Source: Promethearchaeia archaeon (GTDB taxonomy: Archaea > Asgardarchaeota > Lokiarchaeia > Sigyniarchaeales > SOKP01). Taken from it: a stretch of 64,000 bases of DNA. Below, piece by piece: positions 17,864 through 27,237 of this stretch (positions are counted from its first letter, which is position 1; the number at the start of each line of letters is the position of its first letter). A program made the position numbers and the translations under genes. The DNA is taken from the NCBI GenBank assembly GCA_029856105.1, contig JAHQWH010000002.1:1-64000 (forward strand), in the 5' to 3' direction. The notes beneath the pieces were generated by a model. The model was not told where the DNA came from, did not search any database, and was given only the letters and a program-made list of their open reading frames with translations.

Positions 17864-20689
17864 CTATCTTCCTTTAATTCCATCAAATAAAAGCCTTAAT
17901 ATGATTCCAAGAGGAACTCCCAATCCTTTAGAAGAACTCGCTTTAGAAATGGATGGATCATAATTTTTATTCACTTTTTTTACCCAATCAATGTATGACA
18001 TATTCATTACTTCTTTTAATTCAAAATCTTGTTTTATCCTTTCTGCGTGATTAGCATATTTTTTAAGGTTATTATTAACTTTAAGGTCTCCATTTTTTTG
18101 CATTAATATCAATGGTTTAAACGAAAAATGATCAGCAAATGATTGTATTACCTTAGGAGGAGAATCACCAATATAAGGTGATAATAATAAATTAAATGAG
18201 ATTGTTTTACCACTAAAAGTGGGGGCTGTAGATTCATTTGTTCCTATTAAATTTGCAGTAATTCTTTGAGCATGACCATTCCCTTCTGTCCAATAATGAA
18301 AAACCTCACCATAATATGTACCAAAAGGATTTATTCTGATCTGTTGTCCTTTCATTTTAATGTCACCAAATCCTTTATCCATAAGTTTTAATGGAGAGAA
18401 TGCGAAGTTTGCTGCTTCTAAAGAATCGAAACCAATAAGAAGGCCTTTTTCTTGATTAGATAAAGCCATCCATCCATCTGATATATTAGCAACTAAACAA
18501 TCAATATCTGCATTTTTAGGATCTACTTCTTTCATATCAAGGTTAAAGTAATCTATATTACCCAGAAAATTCTTTTTCCAAATTCTTAGTGTTTTATTTG
18601 TTCCTAGAATATTGGATCTTATTTCACATGGCATAACCTCTTTCCATTTCTTATTGTACTTTTCTTCAACGAAATAAGATGTTCCATCACTTTTTCCTAT
18701 GTTCGTAGTTTCGCCTTTAATTTCAGGAACATGCATTAGTACATCTACAAATAAGTATGGCAGCTCTGAATATAATTTAATGGTCTTTTCAGAATAGACT
18801 CGATAATTTTTTTCAATTTCAAATTCGCTTTTAATTTTAATGGAAGCAGAAAAACCGTCACTTCCATCTCTTTGAATAATGATCTCATCTGTATCTGAAT
18901 TATATATTTTCCCTTTGTTTGATTTATCAAAATTAACTGATGACTCTAAAAATTTTGGGCAACCAAACTCAACATTATTGAATTTAAAGGAATTTATTTT
19001 ACCATTATTGTTAAACTCCAGAGTAATATATTTATTTTTCATGATAGTTTTGGTTGCTATCAATTTTTGATTGTTGATTTGAGGTTTGGATTCTGAAAAA
19101 TTTATTGAAAAAATAGCAGTTTTCATATCATTTTGAGAGAAAGCTGAATTTGGTATAATTGCTTCTAATTTTAGACCAGATTCGTTATTATAAACGGAAA
19201 AGGATTTTAAGAATTCTTTTGAGTCTAGATTTAACAATTTTATAATTTTTCCTTGTTTTATTAACTGATCGTTAAAATTTGATGGTAGCTCTAATTGAAT
19301 CAATATTGAGCTATTCAGGGGAATTTTCTCTTTTTCTGAAGTTCCTCTATTTGTTATTGGGGTAATTGAAATAATAGATTTAAATTCACTGTAATCATTA
19401 GTAATTGTTTTTACCATTTCTCGCGTTGCCAAATTTACAGCTTTTTCTGATGCAATAAAAGACTTTAGTACATAACTCATAGCGGTTTTACGTCTATCTG
19501 AATGAAGAAATGGCATTGCCATACCAAAATTAGTTGTTGAGGCAAAAAGAATTTTATTTTTTAGGTATGAGTCAGCAGAATCGTTAGTGTTCCTTAAAAA
19601 ATTATTAATTTCAGATTTAGAATTCTTAACTAAGCCTTCAGAGATTAAGGTATCTGATATACATTTTAACCACCTAGCACTTTGCCCTATAGTCCAGAAT
19701 TTTGTATTATTAAATTTTTGAGCCCAATTATAATATCCATTAAACATCCCATCAGCAACATCTTCTCTTAATAAAGTTTCACCTTGTACTTTCAATTTTG
19801 GTATAATTTCTAAAAGGTTAGTAAATTCAGCATAATCGTATTGGTCTACTGCTTCAGCAAACTCCATTAAACCTCTTGAGTTTGGCATCCAGTTTAGAAA
19901 TTTAGGTAATTTTAAACCAATCCAATTTTCATAATCCATATCAAAATTTAGGAATATAAGAGCATGCCCACTTATTACTCCGCTCTTTTGTTTTTGTCTA
20001 ATGATTTCAAACCATCTCTTTATCGAACAATAGTCAAGAATGTCACCAAATCCATACATTGGTATCATTAAGCAAGAAGCATCTGTAATAGTTGAGTTAA
20101 ATTTAACTACACCATATCTCTGATTCCAGTCTAATCGGGGATTAATGAAAGGTCGTGCTACATCAAATCCATACATAGAGTAATAAATACATATCCCCTC
20201 TACACCCAATTTATTATACAATTCTATCATACCTTGTGTAAACATCGTCTCTTGTGTGCGGGCATATGGAGCTACCCTTCCTGGAAATAATTGATTTAGA
20301 CCGATACCCATTGAATTTTCTAAGAACCATTTATGCTGTTGGATAAATTCTTCCGTATCTAAAATTGGTTGAGCGACGTTACCCCAAGAACCAATTAGAA
20401 CTTCATCTTTTCCCTTTTTACACCTTTCAATAACTCTATCAAGTACATCTTGTTGAAATTCTTTTTGTAATTGTATAGACCAAAATGTATCACCATAATC
20501 CCAAGTAATTCGCGTATTTCCAAATTTAAAACCTACATCTTCAATTCTATCTAATTCATCAAGAATGCCTCTCATCATTTTGAGATCTTTACCAAAACCG
20601 GCGTCCCCTCTTGAATCTCCTCTATAGGAATGATAATAATTAATATGAGGTGATAAAACTAAATAGATTTTTTTTTGTTCGATATTCAA
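17864..20689 (-). CDS. Large glycoside hydrolase-like protein (GH38/GH57-type N-terminal barrel plus beta-sandwich)
   Basis: N-terminal SPHINYYHS, central NFDMDYE, C-terminal mutarotase-like beta-rich region (MKNKYITLEF...); TTG start. Confidence 0.5.
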   Translation of the reverse strand: MNIEQKKIYLVLSPHINYYHSYRGDSRGDAGFGKDLKMMRGILDELDRIEDVGFKFGNTRITWDYGDTFWSIQLQKEFQQDVLDRVIERCKKGKDEVLIGSWGNVAQPILDTEEFIQQHKWFLENSMGIGLNQLFPGRVAPYARTQETMFTQGMIELYNKLGVEGICIYYSMYGFDVARPFINPRLDWNQRYGVVKFNSTITDASCLMIPMYGFGDILDYCSIKRWFEIIRQKQKSGVISGHALIFLNFDMDYENWIGLKLPKFLNWMPNSRGLMEFAEAVDQYDYAEFTNLLEIIPKLKVQGETLLREDVADGMFNGYYNWAQKFNNTKFWTIGQSARWLKCISDTLISEGLVKNSKSEINNFLRNTNDSADSYLKNKILFASTTNFGMAMPFLHSDRRKTAMSYVLKSFIASEKAVNLATREMVKTITNDYSEFKSIISITPITNRGTSEKEKIPLNSSILIQLELPSNFNDQLIKQGKIIKLLNLDSKEFLKSFSVYNNESGLKLEAIIPNSAFSQNDMKTAIFSINFSESKPQINNQKLIATKTIMKNKYITLEFNNNGKINSFKFNNVEFGCPKFLESSVNFDKSNKGKIYNSDTDEIIIQRDGSDGFSASIKIKSEFEIEKNYRVYSEKTIKLYSELPYLFVDVLMHVPEIKGETTNIGKSDGTSYFVEEKYNKKWKEVMPCEIRSNILGTNKTLRIWKKNFLGNIDYFNLDMKEVDPKNADIDCLVANISDGWMALSNQEKGLLIGFDSLEAANFAFSPLKLMDKGFGDIKMKGQQIRINPFGTYYGEVFHYWTEGNGHAQRITANLIGTNESTAPTFSGKTISFNLLLSPYIGDSPPKVIQSFADHFSFKPLILMQKNGDLKVNNNLKKYANHAERIKQDFELKEVMNMSYIDWVKKVNKNYDPSISKASSSKGLGVPLGIILRLLFDGIKGR

Positions 20690-20898
20690 AATTATTTAAC
20701 TCTTTGTTATGGTTTAAGACTGAATAAATCTATATTAAAGAATTTAATAATATTATCAAAATTTTCAAATCATTCACTATTTTACCCTTTAACACATCAA
20801 TCATAGAAGATGGTCATATCCTTAATAATTTGGCTTGGAAATAATTCTCAAAAATTTTAAAATGTTTTAAATAGTATTATTTAATTATAGAAAATATC

Positions 20899-21990
20899 AT
20901 GACAAACAAAATTAATGTATGCATAATTGGCTGTGGTGATGTTTGTTCTGCTTTAGTACAAGGAGTACAAAATTACAAGAAAAATCCAGATAATATCATA
21001 GGGTTATTACCTGAGATTACTCAATATAGCGTTAATGACATAAACTTTGTACTAGGGATCGATGTTAATTCAAATAAGGTAGGAAAGGACCTAAGTGAAG
21101 CTATTTTTATTGAACCAAATTGCAACATCAGATTATTTGAACCCGGATTTTTAGATGCTCCTGTAATAAAAGGACCTGTTATGGATGGATTAAATAGTAA
21201 CATAAAAAAGTTCATTCCCATAGATGATAATCAACTTGATCCAGATGTTTCAAAAGCGATAAAAAATAAAGATATTGATGTTGCAGTAATTTTACTTCCT
21301 ACTGGAAGTCACAACGCAGTGAGGTTTTATGCCATGGCCGCTCTTGACGCAGGTGCATGTGTTGTTAATGGAATGCCGTCATATGTAGCTAAGGACCCTG
21401 AGATCGTAAAAAAAGCCGAAGAACTAAATCTTTCATTAATTGGTGACGATATAAAATCTCAGATAGGCGCTACTATTATTCATCGCTCATTAGCAAATCT
21501 CTTTCCTATGAGAGGAGCAATTCTCGATCGCACGATTCAATTAGATTGGGGAGGGTCATCAGATTTTTGTAATTTATTAACTCCAAGAGCTAATGGGAAG
21601 TTAGTTTATGAAGAAGGGAAACGACAAGCTAAAACTGAAGCAGTTGTAGCAAATCTTCCAAATAAAGACACTATAGAATGTCAAATCTCAGCTGTAGACT
21701 ATATTCCTTTCTTAAAGAATCAAAAGGAAGCTTATATGAGATTAGAAGGTCGTATTTTTGGAGGTGCTCCAGTTAGGGTTGACATTACGATGTTTGTAGA
21801 AGATGGAAATAATTCAGCGGGTGTAATAGCAGATTGTATCAGAGTTTCAAAAATCGCTAAAGATCGCAAAATTGGAGGTGTTCTACACTCAGCTTGCTCT
21901 TTCTTTAATAAACATCCCCCAGAACAATTAGATGATTACATAGCAAAAAGTCACCTTTTAGAGTTTATAGAAAACAAAAGGGAAAGGTAA
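20899..21990 (+). CDS. ino1: myo-inositol-1-phosphate synthase (divergent)
   Basis: DVNSNKVGKDLSEAIF, LPTGS, GDDIKSQIGATIIHR, DYIPFL, NSAG, KHPP. Confidence 0.9.
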   Translation: MTNKINVCIIGCGDVCSALVQGVQNYKKNPDNIIGLLPEITQYSVNDINFVLGIDVNSNKVGKDLSEAIFIEPNCNIRLFEPGFLDAPVIKGPVMDGLNSNIKKFIPIDDNQLDPDVSKAIKNKDIDVAVILLPTGSHNAVRFYAMAALDAGACVVNGMPSYVAKDPEIVKKAEELNLSLIGDDIKSQIGATIIHRSLANLFPMRGAILDRTIQLDWGGSSDFCNLLTPRANGKLVYEEGKRQAKTEAVVANLPNKDTIECQISAVDYIPFLKNQKEAYMRLEGRIFGGAPVRVDITMFVEDGNNSAGVIADCIRVSKIAKDRKIGGVLHSACSFFNKHPPEQLDDYIAKSHLLEFIENKRER

Positions 21991-22020
21991 ACTCAAGGAA
22001 CTTTTTCTTCACTTACATAT

Positions 22021-22932
22021 TTAACTTTTCGCTTTGATAAATGAATTTTGATAAGTTTCTCTCATATTTATCAAGTTATAAATGTGATCTGAAACCAGAC
22101 TCACTCCTTCGGGTATACTCCTAAAACTTGGGAAGTCGTTTATGTCTACAATGTAAGGGCCTTTTTCAGTCATAATGTAATCTAATCCAAAAATAGACAT
22201 TCCAAACTTTCGTCCTAATCTTATAATCCTTCTTTTAAATTGCTCGTCGACAGGAACTCTAATATGGATTAATTCTAACGGAGATAAATTTTTGTTTTTT
22301 TGTAAGCGATTATGCGAAGTAATTGAAACAACCCAATTACCAATAACATATACCTTATAGATAATTTCGTGCTCACCTAAATATTCTTGTAAAAATAACT
22401 CACTTTCGTCATAGGTTTGTGTCAATTCAACTAAATCATTCGAGTTCTTAACAATTCCAATAATTCTATCGTTTTTAGGTAACTCCGGTATGTTATGTGA
22501 GTTCAACTTAACGATAATATTAGTACCTTTCTGGCACGCTTTCCAAGCGTCTTGTTTGGTATTATAAGTGAGTGGTATTTGGATTTTCTTACAACTACTC
22601 TTGATTAATTCAAAAGTGTTTGTTCTACTCTCACAAATTTGGACAGAATTTAACGAATTTAGAATTGGAATATTTGGAGAAACATTTCTAACAACTTTGT
22701 AGATACTTTCGTTAGATTTTTGGGTAGTAAGCTTAACAATCACAAAGGAAATAGGGTATTTTTTCAATCTTTTTTCCAAATATTTTTCATTAAAATTTTC
22801 ATGTCCATTTTTCATTAAATTGACTACGTAAATATTGTAATTCTTTAATAGGAATTTCTTGATATGTTCTAAAACCTCAAGATCCCTATTACAAATGGCT
22901 CCTACATATTTCCTTTTTATATTACTCGCCAT
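22021..22932 (-). CDS. ATP-grasp enzyme, ITPK1-like
   Basis: FLQEYLGEHEIIYKVYVIG ... IFGLDYI ... YIVDINDFPSF. Confidence 0.7.
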   Translation of the reverse strand: MASNIKRKYVGAICNRDLEVLEHIKKFLLKNYNIYVVNLMKNGHENFNEKYLEKRLKKYPISFVIVKLTTQKSNESIYKVVRNVSPNIPILNSLNSVQICESRTNTFELIKSSCKKIQIPLTYNTKQDAWKACQKGTNIIVKLNSHNIPELPKNDRIIGIVKNSNDLVELTQTYDESELFLQEYLGEHEIIYKVYVIGNWVVSITSHNRLQKNKNLSPLELIHIRVPVDEQFKRRIIRLGRKFGMSIFGLDYIMTEKGPYIVDINDFPSFRSIPEGVSLVSDHIYNLINMRETYQNSFIKAKS

Positions 22933-23143
22933 TTAAAAAACTCTATTAATTTGATTTTTTAAAAGCAAACCATAGTATATAAATGTATTGTTTGAGCGTA
23001 TTTTCAGTCATTAAGTAATTTAATTGAAATTATATTTTTTTTTTAACTTAGAAAAGCTTAAAAGAATATAGCTCAAAATTAATTTATACAATATTCTTAA
23101 AAAATTTTATAATATTTGATAATAATAGAGATGAAATAATAAA

Positions 23144-24403
23144 ATGTCAAAATTGGATGCCTTAGCTAAAGATAAGGATGAAAAAGCAGAGAAATTATCT
23201 CAAAGATCAAAAGGATACATGCTCTATCTTGTAGTATTTATGGGATTAGTAGGTTTAATGGATAATTTTCTATCTCAAATTGAATCGGTCGCAGTACCTT
23301 ATTTACTTGCAGATTTTGGTATAACCCCAGAAACCTTTGCTTTTTGGCAAGGAATCTACGGAATTATCTCATTTGCTGTATTTTTTATTGCTTGGATTTC
23401 AGACGCTTTCGGTAGAAAAAAGGGAATTCTTTTGTTAGTTCTTGTATTGGGTGTTCCTGCACTTTTTATTGGAATAACGGCCTTTACATTTCACTTATTT
23501 ATGATATTATACGCAATTATCATAACAGCGACACTTTCGAATATGTGGGAACTGCCTATTGTCGAGGAATCACAACCAAAGAAACGTGGGCTTTATGGAG
23601 GGCTTACTTTTCTTATCGGTTTAATTCCGGTATTTGCATTTGTGGGAGTGCCTATTGCTGAGGCTTTTGGATGGCGATGGACTTACGGTGTAATGTTTTT
23701 TTTAATGCTTTTAGTTATAATACTATGGTTCTTTATGAAAGAACCTCAGAGATGGCTTGAGGCTCATGAAGAGAGGGGACATGAATATCTAAAAATAAAG
23801 ACCGCATTTAAATCGTTAAAAAGAAAAGATTTAAAATATATCTTAATTGCTTCGTTAGTTTATGGTGTGTGGACTGTCTCATTTAAGATGGGGACAACAT
23901 GGGGAGGTCATTACTATATGGATGTCATTGGATTAACTCCTGGAGGATATAGATCAATATTGACGATTGGCGGATTACTTACAATGGTCGGTGCATTATT
24001 AGGGGGGATATTAATGGATAAATTAGGAAGAAACATAACACTATTAGTTGGATGTGGGGGATCTATTATTGGTTTTGTATTTTTAGGAATTTCCACATTA
24101 CCAATCTTCTTTTGGATGGTATATTTATTTATGCCTATGATTTTAGCGTATATTATGGTATATTTCAGTGAAATCTTCCCTACTCATATTAGGAGCACTT
24201 GTACAGGTATTACTGCTACAGCAGCACGTCTTTCGTATGTTCTAGGTCCTTTACTTGCTTCTACCTTATTAATCGCATTCCCAGATATGGGTGGATTTTG
24301 GATTGTAGCTGGATTCCTCATGATCATACCAATATTTTCCCTATTCGTAAAACCATATGAAACTAAAGGTAAAACTCTGGAAGAAATTCAAGAAGAAAGA
24401 TAA
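23144..24403 (+). CDS. MFS transporter (sugar porter-like)
   Basis: SDAFGRK, MDKLGR, SEIFPTHIRS, ETKGKTLEEI (sugar/inositol porter-type C-terminal motif). Confidence 0.9.
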   Translation: MSKLDALAKDKDEKAEKLSQRSKGYMLYLVVFMGLVGLMDNFLSQIESVAVPYLLADFGITPETFAFWQGIYGIISFAVFFIAWISDAFGRKKGILLLVLVLGVPALFIGITAFTFHLFMILYAIIITATLSNMWELPIVEESQPKKRGLYGGLTFLIGLIPVFAFVGVPIAEAFGWRWTYGVMFFLMLLVIILWFFMKEPQRWLEAHEERGHEYLKIKTAFKSLKRKDLKYILIASLVYGVWTVSFKMGTTWGGHYYMDVIGLTPGGYRSILTIGGLLTMVGALLGGILMDKLGRNITLLVGCGGSIIGFVFLGISTLPIFFWMVYLFMPMILAYIMVYFSEIFPTHIRSTCTGITATAARLSYVLGPLLASTLLIAFPDMGGFWIVAGFLMIIPIFSLFVKPYETKGKTLEEIQEER

Positions 24404-24557
24404 ATTATTAATTTTTTTTTTTTTTCATTAATGAAGATTTAGATTATAATAATAAATTCAAGAAAAATTCAAAATAGTATAAAAGTATGAATATTATTAG
24501 TTCATTAGCAAAGAATCTTTTTAGAATTTAAAGTAATTGAATTAAAAGGTTAAATTT

Positions 24558-25376
24558 TTGATAAAAATTGGTATTATTATCGATAAGTACCATTTGCAGA
24601 AAAAAGCCTTAAAACTTATTGATTATCTATCCACAGTAGCAAAAATTTCTCTATATCTTGAAGAAGATTATCTAATAGATTATTCCAAATTTGATTTTAA
24701 TGAGGATATCTTTTTTGTCAAAGCTAAAGGTGATTTAATCTTAAATCTAATAAAGTTGATTGAAAGAGAAACAGATATTCCTGTAATTAATTCATCAAGA
24801 GGAATATGGTTAGCAATTAATAGATTTTTAAATAGTACTTTGCTAAGACAATCAGGGATACGAGTCCCTAATTTTACTCTAAACGCTAAAGGATTAATTC
24901 CACCTTTTAATGATTATATTATAAAAAATATCATAGATCAAAAGAACTATGCTTTTAGCCCCAAAATTCAAAGAATGAATGGATACTTAACTATTTCCGA
25001 TCAAAGGGCATTAGACGAAGTAAACGGAGAGAAAGCAAAATATACCTATCTCTACTACCAAGAATTTATTAAAAGTAAATGGGAATATAAAGTATATTGC
25101 ATTGGTGATGACCTGTTTTATTACAAACAAATCCCTATTTTAATTGATCCAGATAAGATGAAATCTAGAAGAAAGATCAAGGAAATACCAGAACTGAGAG
25201 AGATGGCCTTCAAGGCAATAAAAGCTGTGGGTTTAAAAATTGCATCGATGGATTTTCTTCAATCTGAAAGTGGAGATTTCTATCTTACTGATATCAATTC
25301 GTCGCCCAATTTTAATTACATAAAAAATGGGCCAAAAATTATTGGCGATTATTTAATTAAACAAGCTAAAAATTAA
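24558..25376 (+). CDS. ATP-grasp enzyme, ITPK1/RimK-like
   Basis: YYQEFIKSKWEYKVYCIGD ... IASMDFL ... YLTDINSSPNF; TTG start. Confidence 0.7.
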   Translation: MIKIGIIIDKYHLQKKALKLIDYLSTVAKISLYLEEDYLIDYSKFDFNEDIFFVKAKGDLILNLIKLIERETDIPVINSSRGIWLAINRFLNSTLLRQSGIRVPNFTLNAKGLIPPFNDYIIKNIIDQKNYAFSPKIQRMNGYLTISDQRALDEVNGEKAKYTYLYYQEFIKSKWEYKVYCIGDDLFYYKQIPILIDPDKMKSRRKIKEIPELREMAFKAIKAVGLKIASMDFLQSESGDFYLTDINSSPNFNYIKNGPKIIGDYLIKQAKN

Positions 25377-25378
25377 GT

Positions 25379-26182
25379 TTGACAAATGAAATGAAAATTG
25401 GAATACTATCAAAAAGAACAGGAAACTTCACTGGTAAAATCAAGCTTTACTTAGAAAAGAAAGGACATTCAGTGAATATTTATACTGCTAGCAATCTATG
25501 CGTTAATGATGCTCTCTTAATAAACGATTTTTACATATTAAAATCTAAACATCTATTTTATCTCTATGCAGGTTATTTTTTAGAAGCTAATAATGTTCCC
25601 GTTATCCCAAGTACAGATATTAGTTATCGACATAAAAATCGAATTGAATCTTACTTTTCTATTAAAAATACTAATCTCTTACTTCCAAATGTTTTTATGG
25701 GAACTATTGATACTTTAAAAAGTCAATTAAAAAAAATTGATTTACCGCTTATTTCAAAACCAATTTTAGGCTCTGGAAGTAAGGGGGTTAAAGTTATTAA
25801 TTCTTTTCAAGATTTTAATACTATTACCGAAGAGAGTTTTTATTTAGAAAAATTTATTGAAGGCATTCACTACTTAGCATACTTTATAGATGAAGAGATC
25901 TGTATCTGTGAAAAAAAACCTTTAGCAAACGAACACGACAAAGTAAAAATAATTGTTTCCGATGGTGAGATAGAAGAATATATAATTAAATGGAAGAATA
26001 ACTATAATCTCTTATTTGGCCACCTAGATCTTGTAAGAGATAACAACACTGATAAATTATTCGTGGTAGATGCGGGAACCTTTCCTGAATTTTCAAATTG
26101 GAAGCATAATAGTGATCCCGTTTCGAAAGTATGTAACTTAATTTTGGATAGATATCAACAAATATTAAACAAAACGGAGTAA
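25379..26182 (+). CDS. ATP-grasp enzyme, RimK-like with degenerate DxN motif
   Basis: KPILGSGSKGV, YLEKFI, FGHLDL, VVDAGTFPEF; starts 2 nt after the previous stop. Confidence 0.7.
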   Translation: MTNEMKIGILSKRTGNFTGKIKLYLEKKGHSVNIYTASNLCVNDALLINDFYILKSKHLFYLYAGYFLEANNVPVIPSTDISYRHKNRIESYFSIKNTNLLLPNVFMGTIDTLKSQLKKIDLPLISKPILGSGSKGVKVINSFQDFNTITEESFYLEKFIEGIHYLAYFIDEEICICEKKPLANEHDKVKIIVSDGEIEEYIIKWKNNYNLLFGHLDLVRDNNTDKLFVVDAGTFPEFSNWKHNSDPVSKVCNLILDRYQQILNKTE

Positions 26183-26220
26183 AAGTTTACAAAAAGAGGT
26201 ATAGAATTTTTACATTAAAT

Positions 26221-27234
26221 ATGAATTCGCCCAATAACTTTCCTAGTTCAGACGAAAATGAATACGCGACATCTTCAATATTCAAAAAACAAAAGGTTAA
26301 ACTATATGAGATTAAGCACTTTCTTTTTGATTTTGGAGGAGTATTAATAGAAAAGTCATTTGTATTAGATAATTTATTTGATTTTATTGAGCATGATCTA
26401 AATATTAAAATTCCATCAAAAGAAATTGATCCATATCTCAAAAAATTAAGACGAAGGTTATCGTCTGGAAGGATTTCTGCTAGAACATTTTTAGAATCGA
26501 TATTTGAGACTTATTATGTACCTTTCCAAAAAAAAAATGAAGCGTTACCGCCAAAAAAAGTTAATATCGAGTATTACTTGGAGCTTTGGTTTAACCTTTA
26601 TTCTCAAGTTACTCACATATCGTCTGATATGGCAGAGATTATCGATCTTTTACATTTAGCGGGGTATACTGTAAGTCTTTTGTCAAATACTTATGACATT
26701 CATGCGAAATCAAATGAATTAAGGGGTTTTTACGATAATTTTGATAACGTGTTTTTATCGAACGAAATTGGATTAATTAAACCCGATATGGATAAATACA
26801 TATATGTATTAAAAAAATTAGGTTCCAAACCAAAAAGATGTATTTTTGTTGATGATAAAATAAGTAATCTTATTCCTGCACATGAATTAGGAATAATCGT
26901 TATAAAATTCGAATCTTTCGAGAAGTTTAAACAGCAATTAAACGATATAGGCATAATAGAAATAAGCCCAAATTTAAGGAAAGAAATCAAGAAAAAGTAT
27001 GAATCATATAAAAAAAAGAAAAAGGAATATAACAAAATAAAAAGGGAATACAAGAAGGCTAAAAAAAAGTATCTAAATAAAAGATATAGAAAGAAAAAAT
27101 CATTAAAGAGAAGGCTTGATTTTCAAAAAAAGCGAGCAGAATACCAAAAGAAAAAGATTGAATATCAAAATGAAAGGGATAAGAAAAAGGAAGAACTAAT
27201 ATCAAAAGTTAAATTAAATTTTTATAGTAATTAA
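26221..27234 (+). CDS. HAD-family phosphatase with Lys-rich C-terminal extension
   Basis: FDFGGVL, LLSNT, SNEIGLIKPD, FVDD..NL motifs; ~85-aa polybasic tail. Confidence 0.88.
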   Translation: MNSPNNFPSSDENEYATSSIFKKQKVKLYEIKHFLFDFGGVLIEKSFVLDNLFDFIEHDLNIKIPSKEIDPYLKKLRRRLSSGRISARTFLESIFETYYVPFQKKNEALPPKKVNIEYYLELWFNLYSQVTHISSDMAEIIDLLHLAGYTVSLLSNTYDIHAKSNELRGFYDNFDNVFLSNEIGLIKPDMDKYIYVLKKLGSKPKRCIFVDDKISNLIPAHELGIIVIKFESFEKFKQQLNDIGIIEISPNLRKEIKKKYESYKKKKKEYNKIKREYKKAKKKYLNKRYRKKKSLKRRLDFQKKRAEYQKKKIEYQNERDKKKEELISKVKLNFYSN

Positions 27235-27237
27235 CCA

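Noticed and set aside
14369-26182. ATP-grasp cluster as a RiPP (graspetide) or RimK peptide-ligase locus
   Set aside because: No precursor peptide ORF was seen. The motifs (KVY, DxN.FP) and the MIPS/sugar-transporter context fit kinases better, though a ligase role is not formally excluded.
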